Below are positions 1 through 9,908 of a stretch of 64,000 nt of DNA, piece after piece. The stretch is from positions 1 through 64,000 of the forward strand of contig JAYWGM010000070.1 in assembly GCA_043778225.1 (NCBI GenBank). Direction: 5' to 3'. The stretch is from Deinococcales bacterium (GTDB lineage Bacteria > Deinococcota > Deinococci > Deinococcales > JAAFIG01). The notes below the pieces were generated by a model. It was not told the DNA's origin, ran no database searches, and saw only the letters and a list, made by a program, of their open reading frames with translations. Numbering within the stretch: the first letter of the stretch is position 1; every line of letters begins with the position of its first letter. Position numbers and translations under genes: made by a program.

Positions 1-98
1 TTTACCCGACCAACGGGAGTATTAACGATACCGAATTTAACGCGAGAACGGCAGTTTGCCGTTTTTTGGCAAACGAGAGTGATTAAGTTAATTCGGTA

Positions 99-911
99 TC
101 ACTGGGCAAAAATTGGTAAGTTGGTTTTTTCAATCAATCCCAGCGCGGCGGCTCGAGCCAATAAAGTCTCGACTGCTCGTTGTCCAACCTCGCCAACATC
201 AAGGCTAAAATCATTAACGTACAAATCTATATGGGCTTGCATCACGCTGTCTTCCATCTCGAGGGCGTGTTGCCGAATGTAGGCTTTTGGCTCAGTCGGG
301 TGGCTGTGGGCATACTCGAGGCTGGCACGAACGGCAGCGTTTAATTTTTGTAAAGTCTCGAGTGGTAAATCGCGCCGTGCGAGGATTGCGCCAAGTGGAA
401 TCGGTAAGCCCGTGTCGGCTTCCCACCATTGCCCCAAGTCCAGCAGCTTGAGCAAGCCATGCTGAGCATAAGTAAATCTGGATTCGTGGATAATCAGTCC
501 AGCATCTACTTGTCCATCTTCGATGGCTGGCATAATCTGGTCGTAGCGCATAAAAACAGTTTTGACTTCTGGGTGGGCAATTTGCAGTAAAAGCTGGGCG
601 GTGGTGAATTTGCCCGGACTTGCCACAGTCTTACCGCGCAAATCCTCGAGTTTAGTTTTTGCCACCAACAACGGACCGACACCACGCCCAAGCGCTCCGC
701 CAGCCCTAAGCGCCACATACTTATCCATAACGTGTGCGTAGGCATGGTACGAAATTTTGGTTAGCTCGAGTCTGGTTTCTTGCGCCCAAAGGTTCAGTGT
801 TTCGACATCCTCGAGAATTTCTTGTATCGGTTGCTCGAGTGGAATTTTGCCATGGGTCAAGGCATAAAAAATATAGGTATCGTTGGGGCAAAAAGAATAA
901 CCAAGTTTCAT
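99..911 (-). CDS. mqnD: 1,4-dihydroxy-6-naphthoate synthase (futalosine menaquinone pathway)
   Basis: N-terminal GYSxCPNDTYIF, DVETLN, GLIIHESRFTY, DLGQWW and LPIPLG motifs typical of MqnD. Confidence 0.93.
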   Translation of the reverse strand: MKLGYSFCPNDTYIFYALTHGKIPLEQPIQEILEDVETLNLWAQETRLELTKISYHAYAHVMDKYVALRAGGALGRGVGPLLVAKTKLEDLRGKTVASPGKFTTAQLLLQIAHPEVKTVFMRYDQIMPAIEDGQVDAGLIIHESRFTYAQHGLLKLLDLGQWWEADTGLPIPLGAILARRDLPLETLQKLNAAVRASLEYAHSHPTEPKAYIRQHALEMEDSVMQAHIDLYVNDFSLDVGEVGQRAVETLLARAAALGLIEKTNLPIFAQ

Positions 912-1005
912 GACTCGAGATTACAGCAAGCCAAAAAAACGTTTGACTCGAGTGCGTTTATGTCTTTTTTGCGTTAAACTGTTCTCAAACCCTTTAGGAG
1001 GCTTT

Positions 1006-2667
1006 ATGTTGCAATCCACCATGATGGATGTTCCGTTGACGATTACATTTCTGCTCGAGCGTGCCAAAGCGCTGTTTGCTAACCAAAAAATTATTTCGTA
1101 CTTGCCAGTTGGCATAGACCCCGAAACCAAGCTGCCGATTTCGGGGCGACTCGAGCAAACCTATGGGCAAATGTACGACCGCACCCACCAGTTAATGCAC
1201 GCCTTATCCGAGGCTGGCGTACAACCCGGCGACCGCGTAGCCACTTTTGCAACCAATTCGTTTCGTCATCTCGAGTTATATTTTGCTGTGCCGTGCATGG
1301 GTGCGGTCTGCCACATGATTAACATTCGGCTGCCCGACGACCAAGTTGCCTACATTATTAACCATGCTGAAGATAAAGTTCTGTTTGTTGATAATTTCCT
1401 CGCGCCGCGCTTACCTGCCATTTTAGCCAAATGTCCAAATATCAAACTGGTGGTGATTATGGGGGCTGTGCCGGCTTTGCCGCCTGGCGCACAAGACTAC
1501 GAGGCATTTATTGCCAACAAAGCCACCAGTTATGAATACCCCGAGATAGACGAGCGCCAAGCCTCGGGGATGTGTTACACCAGTGGCACAACCGGAAACC
1601 CAAAAGGTGTGCTGTACAGCCACCGTGCGATTGTGCTGCATTGTATTACCTCTGCCATGGGCGAACTGATGGGTTTATCGGAAGAAGACACGGTCTTGCC
1701 AATTGTGCCGATGTTTCATGTCAATGCGTGGGGTTATCCGTATTTATGTCCAACCGTTGGCTCAAATTTGGTTTTTACCAGTTTATTTACCGACCCCAAA
1801 TTTTTAGCCAAAGTTTTTGAAACAGAAAAAATTACCCACACCGCCGGTGTGCCGACCATCTGGATGGGCTTACTCGATGAACTCGACCGTGCTAAAAATG
1901 CTGGAGTGCCACATAACACCTCGAGCATTGTTTCTTTGGTGGTTGGCGGCAGTGCTGCCCCTCGAGGTATGATTGAGGCTTTTGGCGAACGCCACAACAT
2001 TCATGTGATTCACGCTTGGGGCATGACCGAAACCACACCGCTTGGGACAATGAATTTCTTAAAACCAGAGCATTATTTGCTCGAGAAAACCGCCAAGTAC
2101 GACCAGATGGCATTAACTGGTCGTCCGACGGCTTTGGTGCAACTCAAACTGGTGGATGAACACGATGATGTTCTGCCCAATGACGGGAAAACCATTGGGC
2201 GTTTGTTGGTGCGTGGTCCGTGGGTCACAGCCAGTTACTACAAAGACCAAGCTGGCACAGCCGCCACTCAACAAAATGGCTGGTTTGACACAGGCGATAT
2301 CGCCACGATTAACCCCGAGGGTTATATGCTCATCCAAGACCGCGCCAAAGACCTGATTAAATCGGGTGGGGAATGGATTAGCAGCGTAGACCTCGAGAAC
2401 ACCTTGATGGGGCATCCGAGTATCCGAGAAGCGGCAGTCGTCGCCGTGCCGCACCCTAAGTGGGATGAGCGCCCGCTCGGTGTGGTGGTGCTGCGTGAAG
2501 GCTCGAGTCTGGATAAAAGTAACCTTGATGCGTACTTACTCGAGCATGGTTTTGCTAAATGGATGCTGCCCGATGCCTACGAGGTGGTAGCGGAAATCCC
2601 CAAAACCACGGTTGGCAAGTTTTTGAAGCGAGCCTTGCGTGAACAATTTAAGGATTACAAGCTCTGA
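1006..2667 (+). CDS. Long-chain fatty acid--CoA ligase
   Basis: YTSGTTGNPKG AMP-binding motif, WGMTET, DRAKDLIKSGGEWISS. Start moved to ATG 1006, which follows an AGGAGG SD. Confidence 0.9.
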   Translation: MLQSTMMDVPLTITFLLERAKALFANQKIISYLPVGIDPETKLPISGRLEQTYGQMYDRTHQLMHALSEAGVQPGDRVATFATNSFRHLELYFAVPCMGAVCHMINIRLPDDQVAYIINHAEDKVLFVDNFLAPRLPAILAKCPNIKLVVIMGAVPALPPGAQDYEAFIANKATSYEYPEIDERQASGMCYTSGTTGNPKGVLYSHRAIVLHCITSAMGELMGLSEEDTVLPIVPMFHVNAWGYPYLCPTVGSNLVFTSLFTDPKFLAKVFETEKITHTAGVPTIWMGLLDELDRAKNAGVPHNTSSIVSLVVGGSAAPRGMIEAFGERHNIHVIHAWGMTETTPLGTMNFLKPEHYLLEKTAKYDQMALTGRPTALVQLKLVDEHDDVLPNDGKTIGRLLVRGPWVTASYYKDQAGTAATQQNGWFDTGDIATINPEGYMLIQDRAKDLIKSGGEWISSVDLENTLMGHPSIREAAVVAVPHPKWDERPLGVVVLREGSSLDKSNLDAYLLEHGFAKWMLPDAYEVVAEIPKTTVGKFLKRALREQFKDYKL

Positions 2668-2688
2668 AAGTAAAGACCTATCCACCAC

Positions 2689-2712
2689 TTTTGACCCTTT
2701 GACCTTTTAACC
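2689..2712. repeat. Octamer tandem repeat (TTTTGACC/CTTTGACC/TTTTAACC) x3
   Basis: Read directly; same family at 14221-14260 and 41571-41604. Confidence 0.7.
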
Positions 2713-2771
2713 CTGCTTTTTCTTGTGTAGCACAAGAACTGTATTTTAGTGCATAATTGACTCGAGAATTT

Positions 2772-4961
2772 ATGACCCCTGAACCCCTCAATCCTTTGGC
2801 AACTCGAGTGAACAATTTTTCACGTCAGCTTTTTGGCTGGCTACTCGACCTTAAAATTTTTGCCAAGCTGAGTTTATTCAGCGCTTTGGTGCTGATTCCT
2901 TTTATCATCTCGATTATTTGGGTTTTTTATACCCAGTCTGGGGCAGTGGTCGAACGTAATGCTGGGGTTCGACTCAAGGATGCAGCCTTTAGCGTCATGG
3001 ATCGTTTGGACAGGTCTTTGGCAGAACGCGCTAACGAAGTACAGGTTTTTGCGGCTTCACCCGAAGCCCGTTCGATGGATGCAGGCGATATTCAAAAATG
3101 GATGAATACCGTCACCAAAGCCTATGCACCAGTCTACCGCATGATGATGGTGATTGGTTTAGAAGGTCAAGTGATTGCTGCCAGTGGTTTGGATGCCACA
3201 GGCAAAACTGGCACAGCCAAAACAGCCATTGGCTCGAGTGTGGCTGACCAAGAATGGTTTCAAACTTTGCAGGGTGAGTCCTTTACAGCCTCGCCAGATA
3301 CCGCCACGGCAGTCATTAAGAATTTAGCTGTTGATTCTTTGGTCGAAAAAGTCTATGGACAGGATTTAGCCCTGACGATTGGTTTTTCAGGATTTATTTT
3401 TGACGATACCGACAGCGTGATTGGTTTTTGGAGTACCCGCTATAATTGGCAAGAGACTCAGAAACTCCTCAAAGAAGTCGAAACTCGAGCCGCCAAAGAC
3501 AAAGCCGAAACGCTGCGTTTTGTGATTGTCAAAAATAATCAAGTGATTGAGTCCTCGCGCAAGGAAGATATTTTTAAGCGTGAGATTACCGATTCGGCTT
3601 TTGCCATCGAGACCAACCTCGATATTGGTTACGGGCGCGGCGTGGACTACAACCAACCCCAAGGACAAGGTGTTGGCATCGAAGGTTGGTTTAAGGCTCG
3701 AGGGGTTCTCAAGGACTTGGGCTGGCAAACACTAGCAAGTCAATCTTTAGCCGAAGTCAATCGAGAACGCGATACCACAGTTCAGGCTTTGGTTATTCTT
3801 GGCTTGGTTGGCATTTTGCTGATAACGGCGGCGATGTACTTGCCTTCTTGGTATATTTCTAATGGGATGCAGCGCTTGACCCAAGCCGCTTCTGGGCTGG
3901 CTCGAGGTAACTTAGAGCAGCGCATTGGGCAGTACAACAAAGATGAACTTGGAGCGTTGGCGCAGTCGTTTCGCAATATGCGTCAGTACCAGCGCGATAT
4001 GGCTGGCGTGGCAAATCACATCACCAATGGCGATTTAACCCAAGAAGTGGTGGTTCAGTCTGAAGATGATGTCCTTGGACAAGCCTTTACCGGAATGCGA
4101 AGCAACCTGCGCGATTTAATGTCCACAGTACAGTCGGGTTCAGTTGCCCTAGCCAGTGCCTCGAGCCAAATTCTGGCTTCAAGTGGGCAACAAACCAGCA
4201 GCGTCAGCAGCCAGTTGGCGGCGGTTTCCCAAACCACCGCTACGGTAGATGAAGTCAAAACCACCTCCGAACAAGCCGTGGATTTAGCCCAAACAATCAA
4301 CGAGCAAAGCCAAAGTGTCAATCGGGTTGCCACGGCTGGGGCAGAAGCCGCCAAAGCTGCCAATCAAGGAATGTCCGAGATTCGGGCTCGAGTCCAGCAG
4401 ATTGCTGAAAATATTTTGGCATTGAGCGAGCAAACCCAAGCCATTGGCGAAATTATTGCGACCGTCAACGATATTGCTGACCAAAGTAATTTGTTAGCCC
4501 TCAATGCCGCCATCGAAGCCTCGAGGGCTGGCGACCAAGGCAAAGGCTTTGCGGTGGTTGCCCAAGAAATTCGGTTGCTTGCCGAACAATCTAAAGGCGC
4601 AACCAGTCAGGTCAGGTCTATTCTTGGCGAAATTCAACGCGCCACCAACAGTGCCGTCATGACCACCGAACAAGGCATTAAAGTAGCCGATGCCGGGGTG
4701 GACAGCATTGCTCGAGTCTCGAGTGTGATTGACGAACTCCAAGCTGCAATTCAAAACGCGGCTTACAACGCCCAACTGATTTCAGCTTCGGTGCGCCAGC
4801 ACAGCATTGGTATGGAGCAAATCTCGAGTGCCATGGGTAATATCTCGACTGCCACCGAAGAAAATTTAATCTCGACCCGCCATACCCGCGATTCGGCACA
4901 AAGTCTGTCGGAATTGGCAGGGCGTTTGCGCCAACTGACCGCCAAGTACCGAACAGATTAA
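2772..4961 (+). CDS. Methyl-accepting chemotaxis protein (2 TM, Cache-like sensor, HAMP, MCP signal domain)
   Basis: [34 protein letters not shown] hairpin motif; DELGALA HAMP motif. Confidence 0.92.
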   Translation: MTPEPLNPLATRVNNFSRQLFGWLLDLKIFAKLSLFSALVLIPFIISIIWVFYTQSGAVVERNAGVRLKDAAFSVMDRLDRSLAERANEVQVFAASPEARSMDAGDIQKWMNTVTKAYAPVYRMMMVIGLEGQVIAASGLDATGKTGTAKTAIGSSVADQEWFQTLQGESFTASPDTATAVIKNLAVDSLVEKVYGQDLALTIGFSGFIFDDTDSVIGFWSTRYNWQETQKLLKEVETRAAKDKAETLRFVIVKNNQVIESSRKEDIFKREITDSAFAIETNLDIGYGRGVDYNQPQGQGVGIEGWFKARGVLKDLGWQTLASQSLAEVNRERDTTVQALVILGLVGILLITAAMYLPSWYISNGMQRLTQAASGLARGNLEQRIGQYNKDELGALAQSFRNMRQYQRDMAGVANHITNGDLTQEVVVQSEDDVLGQAFTGMRSNLRDLMSTVQSGSVALASASSQILASSGQQTSSVSSQLAAVSQTTATVDEVKTTSEQAVDLAQTINEQSQSVNRVATAGAEAAKAANQGMSEIRARVQQIAENILALSEQTQAIGEIIATVNDIADQSNLLALNAAIEASRAGDQGKGFAVVAQEIRLLAEQSKGATSQVRSILGEIQRATNSAVMTTEQGIKVADAGVDSIARVSSVIDELQAAIQNAAYNAQLISASVRQHSIGMEQISSAMGNISTATEENLISTRHTRDSAQSLSELAGRLRQLTAKYRTD

Positions 4962-4967
4962 GGGCGG

Positions 4968-5014
4968 AGGAAAGAGGAAATCAGGGCTTTACTTCCTCTT
5001 TCCTCCTTCCTCCT
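4968..5014. terminator. Probable bidirectional terminator between convergent genes
   Basis: AGGAAAGAGGAA...TTCCTCTTTCCT inverted repeat built from heptamer-like units. Confidence 0.55.
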
Positions 5015-5024
5015 GTATTTTCCT

Positions 5025-6722
5025 TTAGTTGGCTAAATCCACCACTTGCAAGGCTCGAGTTGCGGTGCTGACAAAAACCATGCTCGAGCCATTTGGTGCA
5101 ATTTGCCAGTCGTCTACGGCTACTTTGGTTTTCAAATCTGCCAGTACCCTTTGACTTTGGCGGCGTAAATCCCACTCGAGCAACAGATGTGTTCTGGCGC
5201 TTTGCATCGGAATAAACACAAGTCGGTTGGCATCCCGAAAGCGATACGAGCCAAACCAAGGTAGGCGTTTTGTGCTTCCGACACGGGTATCGAGGACAAA
5301 TAAACCATTTTTGGCTTGGCTGTCAAAAGCCACGTAATAAACCACCGAACGCCCATCTGGAGCAATACTGATGCCACGAAAATTGATGGCGCTCGAGAAG
5401 ACCTTTAAGTTTTTTGTTTTCAAGTCCAGCCGCATCAATTCACGGTCTCGAGTTTCGGCTTTGCGTTTGCCGTTGAGTAACAATTCTTGTTCGTTGAGCC
5501 AGCCGCTTAGCCCACCGCCATACAAAACCGCTACGGCTCGAGTATTGGCTAAACTAAAACGTGGTGTTGTGACCAGATTTGCTACAAAAATCGTGGTTTG
5601 CACTGTGTCAAAACGGGCGCTTTGGCTCGAGACAGCCCATGCAACTTGCTGCTCAGAGGGCGAAAAAACAACCGAAGTGGCTGGAACACCAACCCGTTCG
5701 CCAGTCGCTAAACGCTCGAGCCGTGTGGTCGAACCATTGAGTACAGCGTATTTTTCTGAAGGCGAGAGTCGCACCACACTCGAGAATTCTTTTCTAGCAG
5801 CGCTTAGGTTGTTGGCATCGAGGCTGTACAAGGCGGCTGGATTAGTATCTGGCTTATCCAAGAACATCACCCTGCTCGAGTCTGCACTCCAAAACGGCGC
5901 GACACAACAACCCGCCCTCGAGATGGCTCGAGCCACACCAACTGGCGCATCGGAAATGGTTTTGGGCGCTGGGCTGGCACGATAGATTCGGCTTGGGTAC
6001 GATAAAGAACGGTCATTGGCAGCCACTGGAAAAGGCAGCGCATAGTTATTCAGCAATGCCCCACCGCGCCGTGCGGCAGGCTGGTCTTCGAGCGTTTGCC
6101 ATTGGCGCGGGTTGGCTAAATCTCGCTGATAGCCGCGTCCAAAACTGCCAAGCAGTGCCAGTGTATTCCAATCGGCATTGATGTAGCCGACTGGATTCAA
6201 AAAACGCTGATGGCTGCTGTCTCTGATTTCAAGGTGCAAGTGCGGCGCACTGTAACAAGTCAGTTGTGAATCGCCAGACAGTCCAATCGGCTGCCCACGG
6301 GTCACGCGCTGCCCAATCCGTAAACTCGAGCGGCGCAACAAATGCCCATACAAACTCGAGAGATTGCCCGCGTGTTCAATCACCAAATTATGCGGCGCAC
6401 TGCCGTGTGAGCCGTCTATTTCCGAGACCACACCGTCACCGATTGCCAACACTGGCGTACCGCACTTGGCGCTGATGTCCATGCCAAAATGAATGCCCTG
6501 CCCAGCCCGATAATCGGTATTTCGCCGACGGTATGCCCCTGTGGTGTTGCCATATAATTGTCCAAGCAACCAAGAATTGACACCGGGCGCACCGCCAAAC
6601 GGCATTGAAAATTGTTTTGCTGGGGCTGCCAGACGCGAAATTGGCACGGCTGGTGCAGAATGCGAGAAAGCAAAAGAAAAAAGGCTCAGTCCCAGCAATA
6701 CCAGCACGGCTCGAGGATTCAT
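5025..6722 (-). CDS. Secreted M23 metallopeptidase with C-terminal TolB/WD40-like beta-propeller
   Basis: Signal peptide; HFGMD, LYGHL and PHLHLE M23 motifs; repeated WSxD/FSPS/IAPDG propeller blades. Confidence 0.85.
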   Translation of the reverse strand: MNPRAVLVLLGLSLFSFAFSHSAPAVPISRLAAPAKQFSMPFGGAPGVNSWLLGQLYGNTTGAYRRRNTDYRAGQGIHFGMDISAKCGTPVLAIGDGVVSEIDGSHGSAPHNLVIEHAGNLSSLYGHLLRRSSLRIGQRVTRGQPIGLSGDSQLTCYSAPHLHLEIRDSSHQRFLNPVGYINADWNTLALLGSFGRGYQRDLANPRQWQTLEDQPAARRGGALLNNYALPFPVAANDRSLSYPSRIYRASPAPKTISDAPVGVARAISRAGCCVAPFWSADSSRVMFLDKPDTNPAALYSLDANNLSAARKEFSSVVRLSPSEKYAVLNGSTTRLERLATGERVGVPATSVVFSPSEQQVAWAVSSQSARFDTVQTTIFVANLVTTPRFSLANTRAVAVLYGGGLSGWLNEQELLLNGKRKAETRDRELMRLDLKTKNLKVFSSAINFRGISIAPDGRSVVYYVAFDSQAKNGLFVLDTRVGSTKRLPWFGSYRFRDANRLVFIPMQSARTHLLLEWDLRRQSQRVLADLKTKVAVDDWQIAPNGSSMVFVSTATRALQVVDLAN

Positions 6723-6881
6723 GGGCTTGGTTATACGATTTTTTATCTGGCATTGCATCGGTCTACGTTACGGATATACCTTCACAATTGGTTTTTGTAG
6801 TTCGGCTTACCTCGAGTAAATTGACAAGAATTGTAAACTAAATAAGTTGTGGTTTAATTGCTAAGCACTAAGGAGAAAAAC

Positions 6882-7736
6882 ATGAGTTACGTTCATCCAG
6901 AAGTTTTGGTCAGCACCGATTGGGTTCTCGAGCATCATAAAGACGCAAACATTCGCATTGTCGAAGTTTCCGAAGATTTTTTATTGTACGAACAGGGTCA
7001 TGTACCTGGCAGTGTCAAAATTGATTGGCACACCAACTTGCAACGCGAGGACATCCGCGATTTTATAGATGCGGCTGGCTTTGAAAAACTGGTTTCACAA
7101 TTTGGCATCACCAACGATACAACCGTGGTTTTTTACGGCGATAAAAACAACTGGTGGGCAGCCTATGCTTTTTGGTTTTTTAAGTACAACGGTCACGGCA
7201 AGGCAGTCCTCATGAACGGCGGACGTGCCAAATGGGTCGCCGAACAAAAGCCGCTCGAGAAAGAAACCCCAACTTATGCTGCGACCGAGTACAAAGTGGC
7301 TTACCGCGATGCCAGCATCCGTGCTTTTATGCCCGAAGTCCTCAAGCACCTGCTCGAGGTCAATGCTGGACGCGGCGCACTGGTGGATGTTCGCAGCAGC
7401 GATGAATTCAGTGGCAAGCTGACCCATATGGCAGACTACCCACAAGAAGGCGCATTGCGTGGCGGTCACATCCCCGGCGCGATTTCGCAACCGTGGGCGC
7501 AGACTGTTAATCCAGATGGCACTTTCAAAAGCTACGAAGAATTAACCACGATGTATGGCAACAAAGGCGTAACTGCCGAAAAAGACATTATTGCCTACTG
7601 CCGCATTGCCGAACGCTCGAGCCACACATGGTTTATTCTTAAATACCTGCTTGGCTTTGAAAAAGTTCGCAATTACGACGGAAGCTGGACTGAATGGGGT
7701 AATGTGGTTGGTCTGCCAATCGAAAAAAGCGCTTAA
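6882..7736 (+). CDS. Tandem-domain rhodanese / thiosulfate sulfurtransferase
   Basis: [19 protein letters not shown] active-site loop, [16 protein letters not shown]. Confidence 0.93.
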   Translation: MSYVHPEVLVSTDWVLEHHKDANIRIVEVSEDFLLYEQGHVPGSVKIDWHTNLQREDIRDFIDAAGFEKLVSQFGITNDTTVVFYGDKNNWWAAYAFWFFKYNGHGKAVLMNGGRAKWVAEQKPLEKETPTYAATEYKVAYRDASIRAFMPEVLKHLLEVNAGRGALVDVRSSDEFSGKLTHMADYPQEGALRGGHIPGAISQPWAQTVNPDGTFKSYEELTTMYGNKGVTAEKDIIAYCRIAERSSHTWFILKYLLGFEKVRNYDGSWTEWGNVVGLPIEKSA

Positions 7737-7746
7737 AAATATGGTT

Positions 7747-7779
7747 AAAAGGCGAAGGATTTCCCTTCGCCTTTTTTGT
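7747..7779 (+). terminator. Rho-independent terminator
   Basis: AAAAGGCGAAGG-ATTTC-CCTTCGCCTTTTTT hairpin with T-tract. Confidence 0.85.
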
Positions 7780-7839
7780 TTAAGCTCGAGTAGCTAGGGT
7801 TCTCATATCCAAATAGGGAATTTGCGCTAGGCTTATTTC

Positions 7840-7992
7840 ATGAGCAAAGTCGGGACAGCACCTCAAATAGAAGCACCAAAACCACCAAAAGCCCCTGAGT
7901 CGTTTCGCGGGTTTCAACGTAGCACTATCAAAGTCCTCAAACCCCACGCATTTGACCCGATTCAAGCTATCCGTTTACAACGAGAAGAGTAA
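7840..7992 (+). CDS. Small putative antitoxin (50 aa; absent from the ORF track)
   Basis: MSKVGTAPQIEAPKPPKAPESFRGFQRSTIKVLKPHAFDPIQAIRLQREE*; TAATG overlap with the PIN gene; TAGGCT -10 before the ATG. Confidence 0.65.
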   Translation: MSKVGTAPQIEAPKPPKAPESFRGFQRSTIKVLKPHAFDPIQAIRLQREE

Positions 7993-8477
7993 TGCTTCAG
8001 ATTGAAAAAGAACACTTTGTGATTGATGCGAATATTGTTTTGTTGTCTTTCACGCCAAAAAGCGCACTAAAAGTAGGCTCAGAAGCAAATGCAATTGCAG
8101 CACAACAATTTCTAAGCCGCGCTCAACTCGAGAATGCTGTACTTCACGTTCCAGAACTGTTCGATTCAGAAATTCGCAACGTAATTTACCGTGATGGCAT
8201 CAGCAAAAGCGTTTTCACTTTTGATGACGGCTTAACGCTGGCTCGAGAAATCTTGGCTGCAAATTGGCAACGCCATATTCCAAATACAGAATTGGTGTAC
8301 CGCTTACAGCAAGCCATGAACCGCACAAAAAGCACGGGTGATGCCGAGTTCCTAGCCGTCGCTCAAGAATTGGACTGCCCACTGATTACGGCTGATTCAG
8401 CTTTGATTAGCACCGTGCAAAATCAAAAGATTCCAGTGCAAGTTTTTGCCGTGACCCAACATCCTTGGGGAGAATAA
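7992..8477 (+). CDS. vapC: PIN-domain (VapC-like) toxin
   Basis: FVIDANI, E, DAEFLAVA and LITAD acidic PIN motifs. Confidence 0.8.
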   Translation: MLQIEKEHFVIDANIVLLSFTPKSALKVGSEANAIAAQQFLSRAQLENAVLHVPELFDSEIRNVIYRDGISKSVFTFDDGLTLAREILAANWQRHIPNTELVYRLQQAMNRTKSTGDAEFLAVAQELDCPLITADSALISTVQNQKIPVQVFAVTQHPWGE

Positions 8478-8513
8478 GCTCGAGCAAAGATAGCCCCTCA
8501 CTCGAGCAATTTT

Positions 8514-9899
8514 TTAATGAATGTCAATGCCTTTTTGGCTGCGGTAACGTTGCATGGCTGCCCAATCGGTGGTGACTTCGGGCATGGTGGCGCTAATTTC
8601 GCGCCATGTGATGCTTTCGCGTCCGCTTGGGCGTTCGACCATCGTGATGCAGTTGTCCACTGGGCAGACATTGGCACACAAGGCACAGCCAACGCAGTCG
8701 GCTTCGCGCACCACAGGCTGAGGGCGGTCGGCGGTGGCAGCAGCTTTGCCGTTCTCGCGCAAGTCGTAGGCATAGGGCTGGACTTGTAGCCCGTCGCTCG
8801 AGTAGAGGTCTATGCACTGATGGGCGGTGTCGTTGCAAGCCACATAGCAAAGGTTGCAGTTGATGCAAGTTTTCGGGTTAATTTCGGCAACCGCACGATA
8901 CGACAAATCAAAATCCTGAAATTGTGAGATTCGCGGCACGCTCGCGCCAATAATCTGGTTGACGCTCGAGTAGCCTTTTTCGTCCAGCCAATTCGATAAG
9001 CCGTCGCAAAGGTCGTCTATCAGGCGGTAGCCGTAGTGCATTACGGCGGTGCAGACTTGGAGTGAATGAGCGCCCAAAAGCAGAAATTCGGCAGCATCTT
9101 TCCAAGTGCTGATGCCACCCATACCACTGATTTTTGTACCCGCTTCTTTTAATTCTTGTAAGCCCGCAATTGAAGACAGCATATTTAAGGCAATTGGTTT
9201 GACGGCAGGTCCTGCGTAGCCACCATGTCCGCCTTTGCCACCGACGTTGGGTGTAATCGCAAAAGAATCCAAATCCACGCCAATAATGCTATTGATGGTG
9301 TTGATTAAACTGACTGCTGGTGCGCCACCTTTAACGGCGGCTCGAGCCGGATAATTAATATCGGTGATGTTTGGCGTGAGTTTAATAATAATCGGAATTC
9401 TCGAGATACCAGTTGTCCATTCCGAAATTTGTTCGATTAAATCTGGGTTCTGCCCGACTGCACTGCCCATACCGCGCTCGGACATCCCATGTGGGCAACC
9501 ACAGTTAATTTCGATACCATCCGCCCCAGTGTCTTCAATGCGCCGCACAATGTCTACCCATGCTTGCTGTTGGCATTCGACCATTGCTGAAACAATCACG
9601 GCACGGTCTGCCCAGTGTTTTTTAACATCGGCAATTTCGGCAAGGTTAAGTTCTATCGGGCGGTCAGAAATCAGTTCGACATTGTTAATTGCCAGCATTT
9701 TTTGTCCGCCATAATGCCAAGCGCCGTAACGGTTAGAAACATTCAGCACAGGCGAACCGATGGTTTTCCAAACTGCCCCGCCCCAGCCATACTCGAATGC
9801 CTTATGAATCTGAGCGCCCGAATTTGTCGGCGGCGCGGAAGCCAACCAAAACGGGTTGGGCGATTTGATACCGCAAAAGTCTATTGAAAGGTCAGCCAT
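8514..9899 (-). CDS. preA: NAD-dependent dihydropyrimidine dehydrogenase subunit PreA
   Basis: SPNPFWLASAPPT, NCGCPHGMSERGMG, KLTPN, C-terminal 2x[4Fe-4S] motifs. Confidence 0.95.
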   Translation of the reverse strand: MADLSIDFCGIKSPNPFWLASAPPTNSGAQIHKAFEYGWGGAVWKTIGSPVLNVSNRYGAWHYGGQKMLAINNVELISDRPIELNLAEIADVKKHWADRAVIVSAMVECQQQAWVDIVRRIEDTGADGIEINCGCPHGMSERGMGSAVGQNPDLIEQISEWTTGISRIPIIIKLTPNITDINYPARAAVKGGAPAVSLINTINSIIGVDLDSFAITPNVGGKGGHGGYAGPAVKPIALNMLSSIAGLQELKEAGTKISGMGGISTWKDAAEFLLLGAHSLQVCTAVMHYGYRLIDDLCDGLSNWLDEKGYSSVNQIIGASVPRISQFQDFDLSYRAVAEINPKTCINCNLCYVACNDTAHQCIDLYSSDGLQVQPYAYDLRENGKAAATADRPQPVVREADCVGCALCANVCPVDNCITMVERPSGRESITWREISATMPEVTTDWAAMQRYRSQKGIDIH

Positions 9900-9908
9900 A
9901 AATTTCTC

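Noticed and set aside
3..86. Possible 3' end of a plus-strand gene entering the window
   Set aside because: Only 27 codons are visible and I recognise no motif
5371..5985. Long antisense and alternative-frame ORFs (also 15838-16353, 22156-22698, 26272-26817, 27482-28033)
   Set aside because: Shadows of well-supported genes with no motifs of their own
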